DNA of 64,000 nucleotides from Thermomicrobiales bacterium (GTDB taxonomy: Bacteria; Chloroflexota; Chloroflexia; Thermomicrobiales; UBA6265), in assembly GCA_041390745.1 (NCBI GenBank), contig JAWKPJ010000001.1, positions 355,322-419,321 on the forward strand. The letters are read 5' to 3'. Below the pieces are notes generated by a model. The model ran no database searches. It was not told the DNA's origin and worked only from the letters and a program-made list of their open reading frames with translations. This document shows, piece by piece, positions 48,377 to 56,702 of the stretch (positions are counted from its first letter, which is position 1; the number at the start of each line of letters is the position of its first letter). The translations under genes and the position numbers were made by a program.

Positions 48377-48562
48377 TCAACCGCTCTGCATTGGCGCGTG
48401 GGCGCGGTCCGCCGTGTTGATGAGCGCTCCAAGCAGCATGATCGTGGCGACCAGCGCCAGCGGCACGGTGTGGTGCTCCTTGAGTTCAGCCAGCAGGAAC
48501 CTGCGCGGGCCCAGGCTCAACCACACAACGTTGATCACCAGCGCGATCGCAACAACCTGCAT
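48377..48562 (-). CDS. Hypothetical small two-TM membrane protein (61 aa)
   Basis: MQVVAIALVINVVWLSLGP....VPLALVATIMLLGALIN; starts just after stop codons in its frame, overlapping the 3' end of the upstream membrane protein gene. Confidence 0.3.
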   Translation of the reverse strand: MQVVAIALVINVVWLSLGPRRFLLAELKEHHTVPLALVATIMLLGALINTADRAHAPMQSG

Positions 48563-49148
48563 CAGGACTCACCACCTCGCTCAGCGCCGAGGTGGTCTGG
48601 ATGAGCGCGCGGTTCGAACCGGCGGTATTGGCGGCCGACACCAGCGGCAGCACGACCAACCCGTTGATCACCAGGGCGCCAACCCGCCCCAGGCGATCCA
48701 CCTGCCGCCGCAACCACGATCGCGCCTGCGGCAGGCGAGCGGTCGTAACGCGGTCCACCAGGAACAGCAGCAGCAGGATTGCCGGGTAGGCCAGCAGGCT
48801 CTGCACCGCGTGAACCGCTTGCAGCGCGACGTAGGGCGGCGGGAGGTCGAGCGCAACCGTGTCAATCGACATGCGACCGAAGTAAGCCTCGGTGTAGACC
48901 GAGCCTACCAGGTAGACGCCGGTAGAGGTAACCACCGCGATAATGACTGACTCGATGAGCTTGCGGCCTCCAGCCAGCTTGTCGGCCAGCTTGACGGCCA
49001 GGACCTCAGAGGCCAGACCAGCCTTCGCGGCATCTTCTGCCGCAGGCGGCAGTACCCGCTGCTCCTGGCCCTGCCCTACCCCGTGAATTGCGTCAGCTAT
49101 CGAGGCATTGACAGGCGGCGGTGGCCCGGCCAGGGTACGAACCGCCAT
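48486..49148 (-). CDS. Hypothetical membrane protein (220 aa), translationally coupled to the upstream putative PRTase gene
   Basis: ATG overlaps the upstream stop (TGATG). Predicted TM helices (VIIAVVTSTGVYLVGSV; ILLLLFLVDRV; ALVINGLVVLPLV). No recognisable domain. Confidence 0.45.
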   Translation of the reverse strand: MAVRTLAGPPPPVNASIADAIHGVGQGQEQRVLPPAAEDAAKAGLASEVLAVKLADKLAGGRKLIESVIIAVVTSTGVYLVGSVYTEAYFGRMSIDTVALDLPPPYVALQAVHAVQSLLAYPAILLLLFLVDRVTTARLPQARSWLRRQVDRLGRVGALVINGLVVLPLVSAANTAGSNRALIQTTSALSEVVSPDAGCCDRAGDQRCVVEPGPAQVPAG

Positions 49149-50206
49149 CAGTGCCGCACGGCCTGGGCTATCGAAGCGGCCTCGATGTGGCCGCTGGCGT
49201 CGAGCACCCCCCGCTCCCGCAGCACCGACTCGTAAACCTGCAGTGAAGGCGCAAATTGCCCCTGGTAGCGGCGGCGGTAGTCGTTGCTTGCGGCCGCGCA
49301 GTAGATCTTCAGGATCGCCGCCGTTGGAAGATCCGCCAGAAACGCGGGAAGTTGGGCGGTGATTGACGGATCGAGCGTGATCTTCAACAGTTTCTGGACC
49401 ACCGCAAAGCTCCCCCGCCTCAGCATCGGGGCGACGCTCTCCAGGCTGCCATCGATGACCGCGTTGTTCAGCTGAAACTCGATCATGCCATCGGTTGCGG
49501 CAACCGTCGGCGGATCGACCCTGACCGCAAAGAGCGAGAATATCTCGGCCACGTGGACCCTGCGCAACCGTGGCCTCGTCCGGTTGGCCGAGTACCCCGA
49601 GTTGAACAGGTCGTCCAGAAAAATCACACTCTGGCTCCGAAACGACTCGGGCACGATGGTAACCACGCTACCCGCGCCATCTACCGGGGCACTCGCCCGT
49701 TCCCGCACGGTCCTGCGGGCGTAGCCCAGCAGGCTCTCCGTGAGCCGCGTCTGCTGCGCATTGATGACTGGCGGCAAACCCATCGTTGCCAGGCCGATAT
49801 TGAGATAGTCTGCCGTGGTTCGCGCCAGCAAGTTTGATGCAGACGGGACGTTGAACATAGCTGTTGAGACGATGTAGGTGAAGTGCTCACTGGCTGCCGC
49901 CCGCCGGCAGAAAGCCAGGAAAAACTCGTGACGCAGCGCGGTGGCCGCGAGATGACCGGCGAAGAACGTGACCGCGTCGAGGTCACCGTACTTCATGCGG
50001 CTGAACGCCTCGACAACAGGCTGTAGCGAGGCGCCGGTGCGCGCCTCGACGTAAGCACCGCGCTGATCGACGGCAATCTCGAACGCGACCGCGGCTTCCC
50101 GGGTGAAGTCGATCTCTTCCAGAGCTGCGAACTTCTCGCCCGGCAAGATCCCCTGGTCAAGGGGTCGCGCCAATGTCGCGGCTGCCCCACTTGATGATGT
50201 GCTCAT
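49148..50206 (-). CDS. Protein with divergent type I phosphoribosyltransferase (PRTase) motif, paralog B
   Basis: Divergent PRPP-binding motif VIFLDDLFNSGYS at about residue 205; PRTase assignment rests on this motif alone. About 150-aa C-terminal extension. Paralogous along its length to 50409-51482. GGAGGTTCCCG-ATG start context. Confidence 0.5.
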   Translation of the reverse strand: MSTSSSGAAATLARPLDQGILPGEKFAALEEIDFTREAAVAFEIAVDQRGAYVEARTGASLQPVVEAFSRMKYGDLDAVTFFAGHLAATALRHEFFLAFCRRAAASEHFTYIVSTAMFNVPSASNLLARTTADYLNIGLATMGLPPVINAQQTRLTESLLGYARRTVRERASAPVDGAGSVVTIVPESFRSQSVIFLDDLFNSGYSANRTRPRLRRVHVAEIFSLFAVRVDPPTVAATDGMIEFQLNNAVIDGSLESVAPMLRRGSFAVVQKLLKITLDPSITAQLPAFLADLPTAAILKIYCAAASNDYRRRYQGQFAPSLQVYESVLRERGVLDASGHIEAASIAQAVRH

Positions 50207-50301
50207 CGGGAACCTCCGGGGTGAGACGATCTGTACGCTGGCCAGGGCGAAGCACGATCGCCAGGTTGAGGTATACGGCGGTGGCTGTGTGATGGACCCC
50301 G

Positions 50302-50339
50302 TAGCACCTACGGGGTTCCCTACGGGTTTTCTCCGGACG
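50302..50339 (-). promoter_or_regulatory. Conserved CCCGTAG-repeat leader element upstream of putative PRTase paralog B (putative structured 5'-UTR / operator)
   Basis: + strand ccccgtagcacctacggggttccctacgggttttctcc. As RNA (sense): GAAAACCCGUAGGGAACCCCGUAGGUGCUACGGGG. Near-identical architecture upstream of paralog A. Confidence 0.3.
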
Positions 50340-50408
50340 GATCAGGTGCGCGGCGAACCAGTATGGCGCTGGCGCAGGTTTATGGGATAACCAATCATGG
50401 GGTGGCTC

Positions 50409-51482
50409 TTACCGGTAGAGCGCGGCGAGATCACGTGACGTTCCGGTGATGTGGCCCGCAGCATCGAGCACGCCCCGCTCCTGCAAGACCATTTCCAGCG
50501 CGAGGAGTGACGGGAGGTAGCGGCCCTGACTTCTCCGGGAGAAGCCGTCACTTGCCGCTGCCGCATAAAGTTTCAGGATCGCCGGCGTCTGAATCCCCGC
50601 GAGAAACGCAGGGAGTTCGTTCGTATGCAGCGGGTCGAGCAGGGCCCTTACCAGCTTCTGCACAACCGCGAAGTGCCCACCCCTCAGCAGTGGGGCGAAG
50701 CTTTGCAGCGTCTCCGACACGAAGTAGTCATTCAGGCGATCTTCTATCTGGCCCTGCGAGGCCCCAACGGCCTGCGGATCCATCCTGGCTGCCAGGAGAT
50801 AGAAGCTGGAGGCGACCCCAACATTTTGCAGGCGATGCTTTGCCCGCCAGATCGAGTACCCGGTGCTGAAAAGATCATCGAGGTAGATCACACATTCATT
50901 GTGAAAGTACGCGGGAACGATGGTCACCCCGCGCCCGGCCGCCAGATTGTCCCTTCGCTCACGCACCGCCGTGCTCTCGTAGCCGAGGGAGTTGTCTGAC
51001 AGGCGCGTGAGCTCGGTCACCACGACCGGGGCCAACTCTTGCCTGGTCAGCAAGATGTTCAGGTGCGCGGCGGTCGCCCTGAGCAGCAGGTTCGAGGCAG
51101 AAGGCACGTTAAAAACTGCCGCGGTGGTTATGTAGACGACGCGTTTGGCGGTCGCCGCATCCCGGACGTGCGCCAGGAATCGTTCAGACTGCATCGCCCG
51201 GTCCGCGAGTTGCCTCGCAAAGAAGGACACCGCGTCCAGGTCGCCATACTTCATCCGGCTGTACTGTTCGATGATGACTGGATCAGGCAGCCCGGCCCGC
51301 GCATCAACGAAATCGCCACGGGCGTTCACGCCGATCTCGAACGCAACCACCGCGTTCGCCGCGATGGCGCCGAAGATGGCGGCGGCTTCCTGGGCAAAGT
51401 CAACCCCGTCCAGCGAGCTCGCGCGGATCGACCACCGGTCCGTCGGCGTCCCTCCGTTCTCCAGAATCGCCAACCTGGTCAT
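50409..51482 (-). CDS. Protein with divergent type I phosphoribosyltransferase (PRTase) motif, paralog A
   Basis: Divergent motif VIYLDDLFSTGYS; PRTase assignment rests on this motif alone. Same domain layout as paralog B (…YSRMKYGDLDAVSFFA…NVPSASNLL…GHFAVVQKL…). GGAGGTTCCGC-ATG start at 51482 preferred over the 51500 extension. Confidence 0.5.
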   Translation of the reverse strand: MTRLAILENGGTPTDRWSIRASSLDGVDFAQEAAAIFGAIAANAVVAFEIGVNARGDFVDARAGLPDPVIIEQYSRMKYGDLDAVSFFARQLADRAMQSERFLAHVRDAATAKRVVYITTAAVFNVPSASNLLLRATAAHLNILLTRQELAPVVVTELTRLSDNSLGYESTAVRERRDNLAAGRGVTIVPAYFHNECVIYLDDLFSTGYSIWRAKHRLQNVGVASSFYLLAARMDPQAVGASQGQIEDRLNDYFVSETLQSFAPLLRGGHFAVVQKLVRALLDPLHTNELPAFLAGIQTPAILKLYAAAASDGFSRRSQGRYLPSLLALEMVLQERGVLDAAGHITGTSRDLAALYR

Positions 51483-51559
51483 GCGGAACCTCCACAGCAT
51501 CCGACCATGGCCTTCGCTTGTTGCTGGGGTGAGCGTATGGGCGTCAGGACGCGTCGCAG

Positions 51560-51596
51560 CCCGTAAGGTCTACGGGGTTTTCTACGGGCTTCTTCC
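51560..51596 (-). promoter_or_regulatory. Conserved CCCGTAG-repeat leader element upstream of putative PRTase paralog A
   Basis: + strand cccgtaaggtctacggggttttctacgggcttcttcc. As RNA (sense): GAAGAAGCCCGUAGAAAACCCCGUAGACCUUACGGG. Shares GAAAACCC(C)GUAG...CCCCGUAG..loop..UACGGG with the paralog B leader. Confidence 0.3.
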
Positions 51597-52431
51597 AGCG
51601 CGCCGGATATCAGGCACGACATGCGTTCACGACGACAAGACGCTGTGGGATCATGCGCGGGCGCTGGCCGGTAGGCACACGCGGAGGGACATCATGCCCC
51701 GGAACGTGGATGACTACGCTATTGACCTTGAGCAGACGCCGGAGTGCGCCCGCCGGATCGCGATTATCCTGGGCCTCTTCGTGCAGATCGAGCACGGCCT
51801 CGTGCCGATCCTGAGCTGGACCGCTGGTATGACCATGGATCAGGCGCAGGTGGCGCTGGACCTTCAGAAGCTGAAAGGTCGAAAAATGGGTTCCTTCACC
51901 GAATGTGTGACGGAGTCTCTCCCGGCTGGCTGCGAGACGTCGCGGCGGGCAATGCCTTTGGCCCGGCCGCAATAACGGCCAACATCATCCGCAGCACCCA
52001 GGCACATGTCTCGTACAACTCGGTGGAAGCCTCCGGGCAGGAGGGGTTGCACGTCGCAGTCTTTGCGGATGATTTGCTTTGCGCAACGCAGGTCGAGGTC
52101 GCCACGGTCGTACCCCTCGACGCCGCCATTCGCTGCCTGGCACCCTCGATCGTAGCCATGCGTAACTCCGCCGAGGCCCGGGCCGCCAACGCCCCGGTCA
52201 ACAGGCAGGAGATCGCAGACCTCGCCGCCAGCGCGCCACGGCCCCTCCGGCTGACCCCCTGACTGGAGCCAGTGACCCGGCGAATCGGGGGCAGCCCGAT
52301 CAACGGCGGCCAACGTGCGCGGCGGCGCCGCAATTGACGCCCGTTGGCCCGCAGCATATCCTTGCCCGGTCTGATCATTTCAGATAGCGGTCATCTGTGC
52401 CATTGGCGCCACAGGTCACTTCAATGAAGAG

Positions 52432-53757
52432 GTGTGTATGTTCACGCTCAACACCCGTATGTCGCCCAGTCCCTCCGCAGCCGGGTACCGGCTCAGCCGC
52501 CGGGGATTGCTGAAGGGCGCGGCCGGCGTCACGGCTGCTGGTCTCAGCCTGCCCGCCTGGTTGGCCAGCGCCCAGATGGAGCTGGGAACCGCTACCGGCG
52601 AGCTCACGGTCGGCTCGAACTACTCGAACGAATTGCCGAAGCAGGCGTTGCACGCCGCTATCGACGCCTTTCCGAACAAGAACGTCACCATCGCCCTGAA
52701 CGAGGTCGATCACAATACCTTCCAGGAGAACATCACCACCTATCTGCAAAACCCCGATGACGTCATCCCCTGGTTCGCCGGTTACCGTATGCAGTTCTTC
52801 GCCGCGCAGGGGCTGCTCGGCGCGATCAACGATGTCTGGGACGCGGGCCTGAACGACATCCAGTCGGAAGGCTTCAAGCTCGCCTCAACCGGGCAGGATG
52901 GCCAGCTCTACTTTGTTCCCTGGACCTACTACTGCTGGGGCATCCACTACAAGCCAAGCGTGTTTGCGGAGAACGGCTGGACACCGCCCACCACCATGGA
53001 AGAACTTGCCGCCCTGGGCGAGGCCATGCAGGGCGCGGGGATCGTACCCTTCGCCAGCGGCAACGATGGCCGTTGGCCCGCAATGGGCACCTTCGATCAA
53101 CTCAACTTCCGCCTCAACGGCTACCAGTTCCACATGGACCTGATGGCTGGCCGCGAGAGCTGGACCGACGAACGGGTGAAGAACGTCTTTACCGCGTGGG
53201 AGGCCCTGCTGCCGCTCCACCAGGAGAACCCGAACGGCCGCACCTGGGAGGAGGCCGCATCCGCAGTCGTCAACGGCGAAGCCGCGATGATGACCATCGG
53301 CAACTTTATCGGCGAGGTCTTCCCCGATGGCGACACGTCCGACCTCGATTTCTTCCCCTGGCCGGAAATGAACCCGGAGTACGGCACTGAGACAATCGAA
53401 GCCCCGATTGACGGCTGGATGATGGCCGCCAACCCGAAGAACCCCGAAGCCGCCAAGGAGTTGCTCTACCACTTCGGCACCGCCGATGCACAGGAAGCGT
53501 TCCTGACGGTAAACCCAAGCGTGATCGGGGCGGCAACCGACATCGACCACTCCATCTTCACCCCGCTGCAGATCAAGGGTCTGGAGGCGGTTGCGGCGGC
53601 CAGGTCGGTGACGCAATTCCTCGACCGCGACACGAGCCCGGAGTTCGCCTCGAACGTTGCCGGTCAGGCTTTTGCCGACTTTCTGGCCGACCCCTCCAGT
53701 ATTGATGGCATTCTGGAAGACATGCAGGCCCAGGCCGAGGTGATCTTCGCCGAGTAG
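52432..53757 (+). CDS. Sugar ABC transporter substrate-binding protein (CUT1, SBP family 1), Tat signal
   Basis: SRRGLLKGAAGVTAAGLSLPAWLASAQ signal, then a typical family-1 extracellular solute-binding domain. Start could be an internal Met (52438/52459). Confidence 0.85.
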   Translation: MCMFTLNTRMSPSPSAAGYRLSRRGLLKGAAGVTAAGLSLPAWLASAQMELGTATGELTVGSNYSNELPKQALHAAIDAFPNKNVTIALNEVDHNTFQENITTYLQNPDDVIPWFAGYRMQFFAAQGLLGAINDVWDAGLNDIQSEGFKLASTGQDGQLYFVPWTYYCWGIHYKPSVFAENGWTPPTTMEELAALGEAMQGAGIVPFASGNDGRWPAMGTFDQLNFRLNGYQFHMDLMAGRESWTDERVKNVFTAWEALLPLHQENPNGRTWEEAASAVVNGEAAMMTIGNFIGEVFPDGDTSDLDFFPWPEMNPEYGTETIEAPIDGWMMAANPKNPEAAKELLYHFGTADAQEAFLTVNPSVIGAATDIDHSIFTPLQIKGLEAVAAARSVTQFLDRDTSPEFASNVAGQAFADFLADPSSIDGILEDMQAQAEVIFAE

Positions 53758-53849
53758 CGAACGCGCGCCCGCCCGCCGGTGAACCACCCGGCGGGCGGCG
53801 ACTCCCTGTCGTCTGCAACGAGGCGGGCGTCAGGATCGAGGGAACCACC

Positions 53850-54848
53850 GTGGCGACGGTCATCCAGGCGCAGGCCCAGGATTCGCCGCAAGCCGGGCCC
53901 AGGCCACAGGCCCGCCGCCTGCGGCAGTTCGATGGGCGCGATTTCTGGGTGGTAGCGGCGATGGCTGGCATCCCGACCATCCTGCACGTGGGACTGGTCT
54001 GGATTCCGACCATCTTCTCGATCATCCTCTCCTTCACCAACTGGAAGGGGATCCGGCTTGACGACATCACCTGGGTTGGCTTCCAGAATTACGTCCAGAT
54101 CTTTACGGTCTTCCAAAAGAACTTCTTCCAGGCGCTGATCAACAACAGCGTCCTGCTCATCTTTCTCTTCATCGGCCCCACGGCCCTCGGCATCGGCCTC
54201 GCCTACTTGCTGGACCGCGACGTCCGCGGCACACGCTTCTACCAGGGCGTCTTTTTCACGCCGGTCGTGCTCTCGCTGGCCGTCGTCGGCTTCATGTGGC
54301 AGAGCGTGATCTACTCGCCGGAAAACGGCCTGGCCACCCAGATCTTTGGCGGCGGTCAGCCGGTCGACTGGCTCGGCAATCAGTCTTTTCTGATCCCCTT
54401 CGGGAGTACCTACGGGGTTTCCTGGAACTTCGTCGCCATCCTGGTGGCCATTGCCTGGCGCCACACCGGCTACATCATGGTGCTCTACCTGGCCGGCCTG
54501 AAGAGCGTGGACAGCTCGCTGCGAGAGGCGGCAATGCTCGATGGCAGCAACGAATGGCAGACCTTTCGCAACGTCGTCTTCCCGTCGCTGAAGCCAATCA
54601 ACGTTGTCGTCGCCGTCATTACCGTCATCGAGGCGTTGCGCGCCTTCGACATCATTTACGTGCTGAATGTCCCGCGCAAGACCGAAGTGCTCTCCATCCT
54701 GACCACTAACAACCTGCTGGGCGAAGGAGGCGGCAATGTCGGCCGTGGCTCGGCCTACGCCACGATTCTCTTCATCCTCTGCTTCGGTTTCGTGATCTGG
54801 TACGTCACCAATCACTACCGCCAGACCCAGGAGGGAGCAGACACATGA
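53850..54848 (+). CDS. Sugar ABC transporter permease (MalF/UgpA-type)
   Basis: BPD_transp_1 with EAA-like loop ...AAMLDGSNEWQTFRNVVFPSLKP; 6 TM. GTG start per ORF track. Confidence 0.85.
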   Translation: MATVIQAQAQDSPQAGPRPQARRLRQFDGRDFWVVAAMAGIPTILHVGLVWIPTIFSIILSFTNWKGIRLDDITWVGFQNYVQIFTVFQKNFFQALINNSVLLIFLFIGPTALGIGLAYLLDRDVRGTRFYQGVFFTPVVLSLAVVGFMWQSVIYSPENGLATQIFGGGQPVDWLGNQSFLIPFGSTYGVSWNFVAILVAIAWRHTGYIMVLYLAGLKSVDSSLREAAMLDGSNEWQTFRNVVFPSLKPINVVVAVITVIEALRAFDIIYVLNVPRKTEVLSILTTNNLLGEGGGNVGRGSAYATILFILCFGFVIWYVTNHYRQTQEGADT

Positions 54849-55738
54849 GCGCCAGCCCGGCTCTGCCGCCAAAGCGCCGCAAGCCCATCACGCTGGGCCG
54901 CATCCTGCTCTACGCTTTCGTATCGGTGACGGCGTTCATCTGGATCGTGCCCATCGCCGGGGCCATCTTTGCCTCGCTGCGGCCCTACACCGAAACCGTG
55001 CGCGATGGGTTCTTCTCCTGGCCGCAAACCCTGACCCTGGACAACTACCGTGGAGCCTGGGACCAGGGTGACATCGCCCGCAAGTACTGGAACACGGCTG
55101 TCATCCTCGTGCCCGCGCTCATCTTCACGCTCTTCTTTTCCAGCATGGTGGCCTTTGTCTGCAGCCGCTACTCGTGGCGGTTCAACATCGTGCTGCTCTC
55201 CATCTTCACCGCTGGCAACCTGTTGCCGCAGCAAATCATCATCCAGCCGCTCTTCCAGTTCTACAACCGCGTGCCGCTCCCCGAATGGTTATCGAACTCA
55301 GGCAAGCTCAATGGCAGCGCCCTGGGCATCATCCTGATTCACATTGCCTTCCAGAGCGGCTTCTGCACCTTCGTCCTCAGTAACTACATGAAGTTGCTGC
55401 CGAAGTCACTCAATGAGGCGGCGCGCATGGATGGCGCCGGCGTCTGGAAGCAGTACTGGCAGATCATCATGCCGCTCACGCTCCCGGCCCTCGCGGCGCT
55501 CGCCACGCTGGAGTTCACCTGGATCTACAACGACTTCTTCTGGGCCGTGGTCCTGGAGCAGCAGGGCGCCGACCGCCCGATCACCTCGTCACTGGCGAAC
55601 CTTGGCGGTCAGTTCTTCACGAACGACAACCTCATCGCCGCCGCGTCCATGTTCGTCGCGCTGCCCACCCTTATCGTCTACGTCGCCCTGCAGCGGTACT
55701 TCATCGCCGGCCTGAGTATTGGGGCAGAGAAGGGGTGA
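54845..55738 (+). CDS. Sugar ABC transporter permease (MalG/UgpE-type)
   Basis: ...EAARMDGAGVWKQYWQIIMPLTLPALAALATLEF...; start overlaps the upstream stop (ATGA). Confidence 0.9.
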   Translation: MSASPALPPKRRKPITLGRILLYAFVSVTAFIWIVPIAGAIFASLRPYTETVRDGFFSWPQTLTLDNYRGAWDQGDIARKYWNTAVILVPALIFTLFFSSMVAFVCSRYSWRFNIVLLSIFTAGNLLPQQIIIQPLFQFYNRVPLPEWLSNSGKLNGSALGIILIHIAFQSGFCTFVLSNYMKLLPKSLNEAARMDGAGVWKQYWQIIMPLTLPALAALATLEFTWIYNDFFWAVVLEQQGADRPITSSLANLGGQFFTNDNLIAAASMFVALPTLIVYVALQRYFIAGLSIGAEKG

Positions 55739-55780
55739 CCTCCCGATTTGCAGCGGGCTGCCGGCCGAGCGCCTGAATTT

Positions 55781-55930
55781 GTGTCGTCTCGAGCGTGTCG
55801 AGAGACCTCGCCGCCCTCTTCACGAATGGCAGGAAACTTGGTCGTCGCGGCTCAGCCATTCGTGTTTGGGGCTTGTCGAAAGGGTCCGCCACGCGCCTGG
55901 CCTGAGGTCTCGCAACAAGCTCAAGACACG
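55781..55930. repeat. Palindromic intergenic repeat element, copy 3
   Basis: Left unit gtgtcgtctcgagcgtgtcgagagacctcg (55781-55810) and right unit gaggtctcgcaacaagctcaagacacg (55904-55930). Same cores as copies 2 and 4, including the cttgtcgaa...ctcaagacacg module shared with 33361-33412. Confidence 0.6.
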
Positions 55931-55969
55931 CGGAGTTGCCTGAAGGGTCAGGGGCTTTGCATCCCGCGC

Positions 55970-56530
55970 CTACTCCGCCGCAAGCCGCTTGCCCATGATG
56001 ATGTCCGGCTTGCCGGGGCCGTTCGCATCCGGGATGACGCCGATCACGGTGTATCCAAGGCGGCGGTAGAAGCTGGCCGGGTGGTTGATGACCTCGATCT
56101 GCGCCGCGTGGGCGAGGGGCTCAGGGTAGAGGTCCTTGCCCCACAGGCTGGTGCCCGGCTCATCCCCATCATCATCCGTGCCCAGGTAGAGCGTCAGCGC
56201 GCCGCGTGCCCGCACCCGCTCCTCCAGCGCCGCCACCAGCGCCGTGCCCACGCCCAGGCCGCGCGCGTCCTCGTGCACCACCAGGGGATGCAGCTCCCAG
56301 GCGTAGTCGTAGGTCGGGATGCCGCCGATCCAGCCGAGGATCTTGTCATCCTGCCGCGCGACCAGGCTCAGGTTCTCATCCACCAGTGACTCGCGCACTT
56401 CCTCGCGCGCTTCCTCCTCGGTCTCCTTCCAGCCGGGAAAAGCGCGCATAAGCAGCCCGGCGATCTGGTCGATCGCCTCCTCATCGTCAGGCCGCAGGTC
56501 TTCGATGGTGAAGGGGATCGCCGCTGGCAT
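55970..56530 (-). CDS. GNAT family N-acetyltransferase, aminoglycoside 6'-N-acetyltransferase AAC(6')-like
   Basis: 186 aa from MPAAIPFTIEDL. ...ILGWIGGIPTYDYAWELHPLVVHEDARGLGVGTALVAALEERVRARGALTLYLGTDDD...FYRRLGY, an AAC(6')-Ii/Iy-like architecture. Confidence 0.7.
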   Translation of the reverse strand: MPAAIPFTIEDLRPDDEEAIDQIAGLLMRAFPGWKETEEEAREEVRESLVDENLSLVARQDDKILGWIGGIPTYDYAWELHPLVVHEDARGLGVGTALVAALEERVRARGALTLYLGTDDDGDEPGTSLWGKDLYPEPLAHAAQIEVINHPASFYRRLGYTVIGVIPDANGPGKPDIIMGKRLAAE

Positions 56531-56549
56531 CGCTGCTGCACCCTGACGC

Positions 56550-56665
56550 TCTCGTGTCACGCGCGTCCCCGTGTCTCGCATTCCTCGTGTCTCGAGCTTG
56601 CCGGGAGATCTCGTTTACGGATGCAGTCAGACGAGGTCTCTCAACTTCGCTCAAGACACGAGAGG
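56550..56665. repeat. Palindromic intergenic repeat element, copy 4
   Basis: ctcgtgtcacgcgcg / ccgtgtctcgcattcctcgtgtctcgagc (56551-56597) and acgaggtctctcaacttcgctcaagacacgag (56631-56662). Confidence 0.6.
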
Positions 56666-56702
56666 TGGGGTGAACCAGCGCGGGCACGGTCCCTACACCC
56701 CG

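Noticed and set aside
46933-48420. 495-aa + strand ORF
   Set aside because: It runs antisense through the PHP phosphoesterase gene, which has canonical motifs. No stop separates its 5' part from the antisense part, so it has no independent coding support.
48600-48625. ggttcgaacc-like sequence reminiscent of a tRNA T-arm
   Set aside because: Embedded in the 48486-49148 CDS with no acceptor-stem/anticodon structure around it. No tRNA or rRNA could be supported anywhere in the window.
49148-51482. Putative PRTase paralogs as a retron/defence effector
   Set aside because: PRTase effectors do occur in some retron and defence systems. However, no reverse transcriptase, ncRNA-like msr/msd structure, nuclease or other defence partner is present nearby, so a metabolic or signalling role is favoured.
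54400-54425. 14-nt match (acctacggggtttcc) to the CCCGTAG putative-PRTase leader motif inside the MalF-type permease gene
   Set aside because: It lies within a coding region where it encodes a conserved ...GSTYGVSWNF... peptide, with no flanking second and third repeat units. Judged coincidental.
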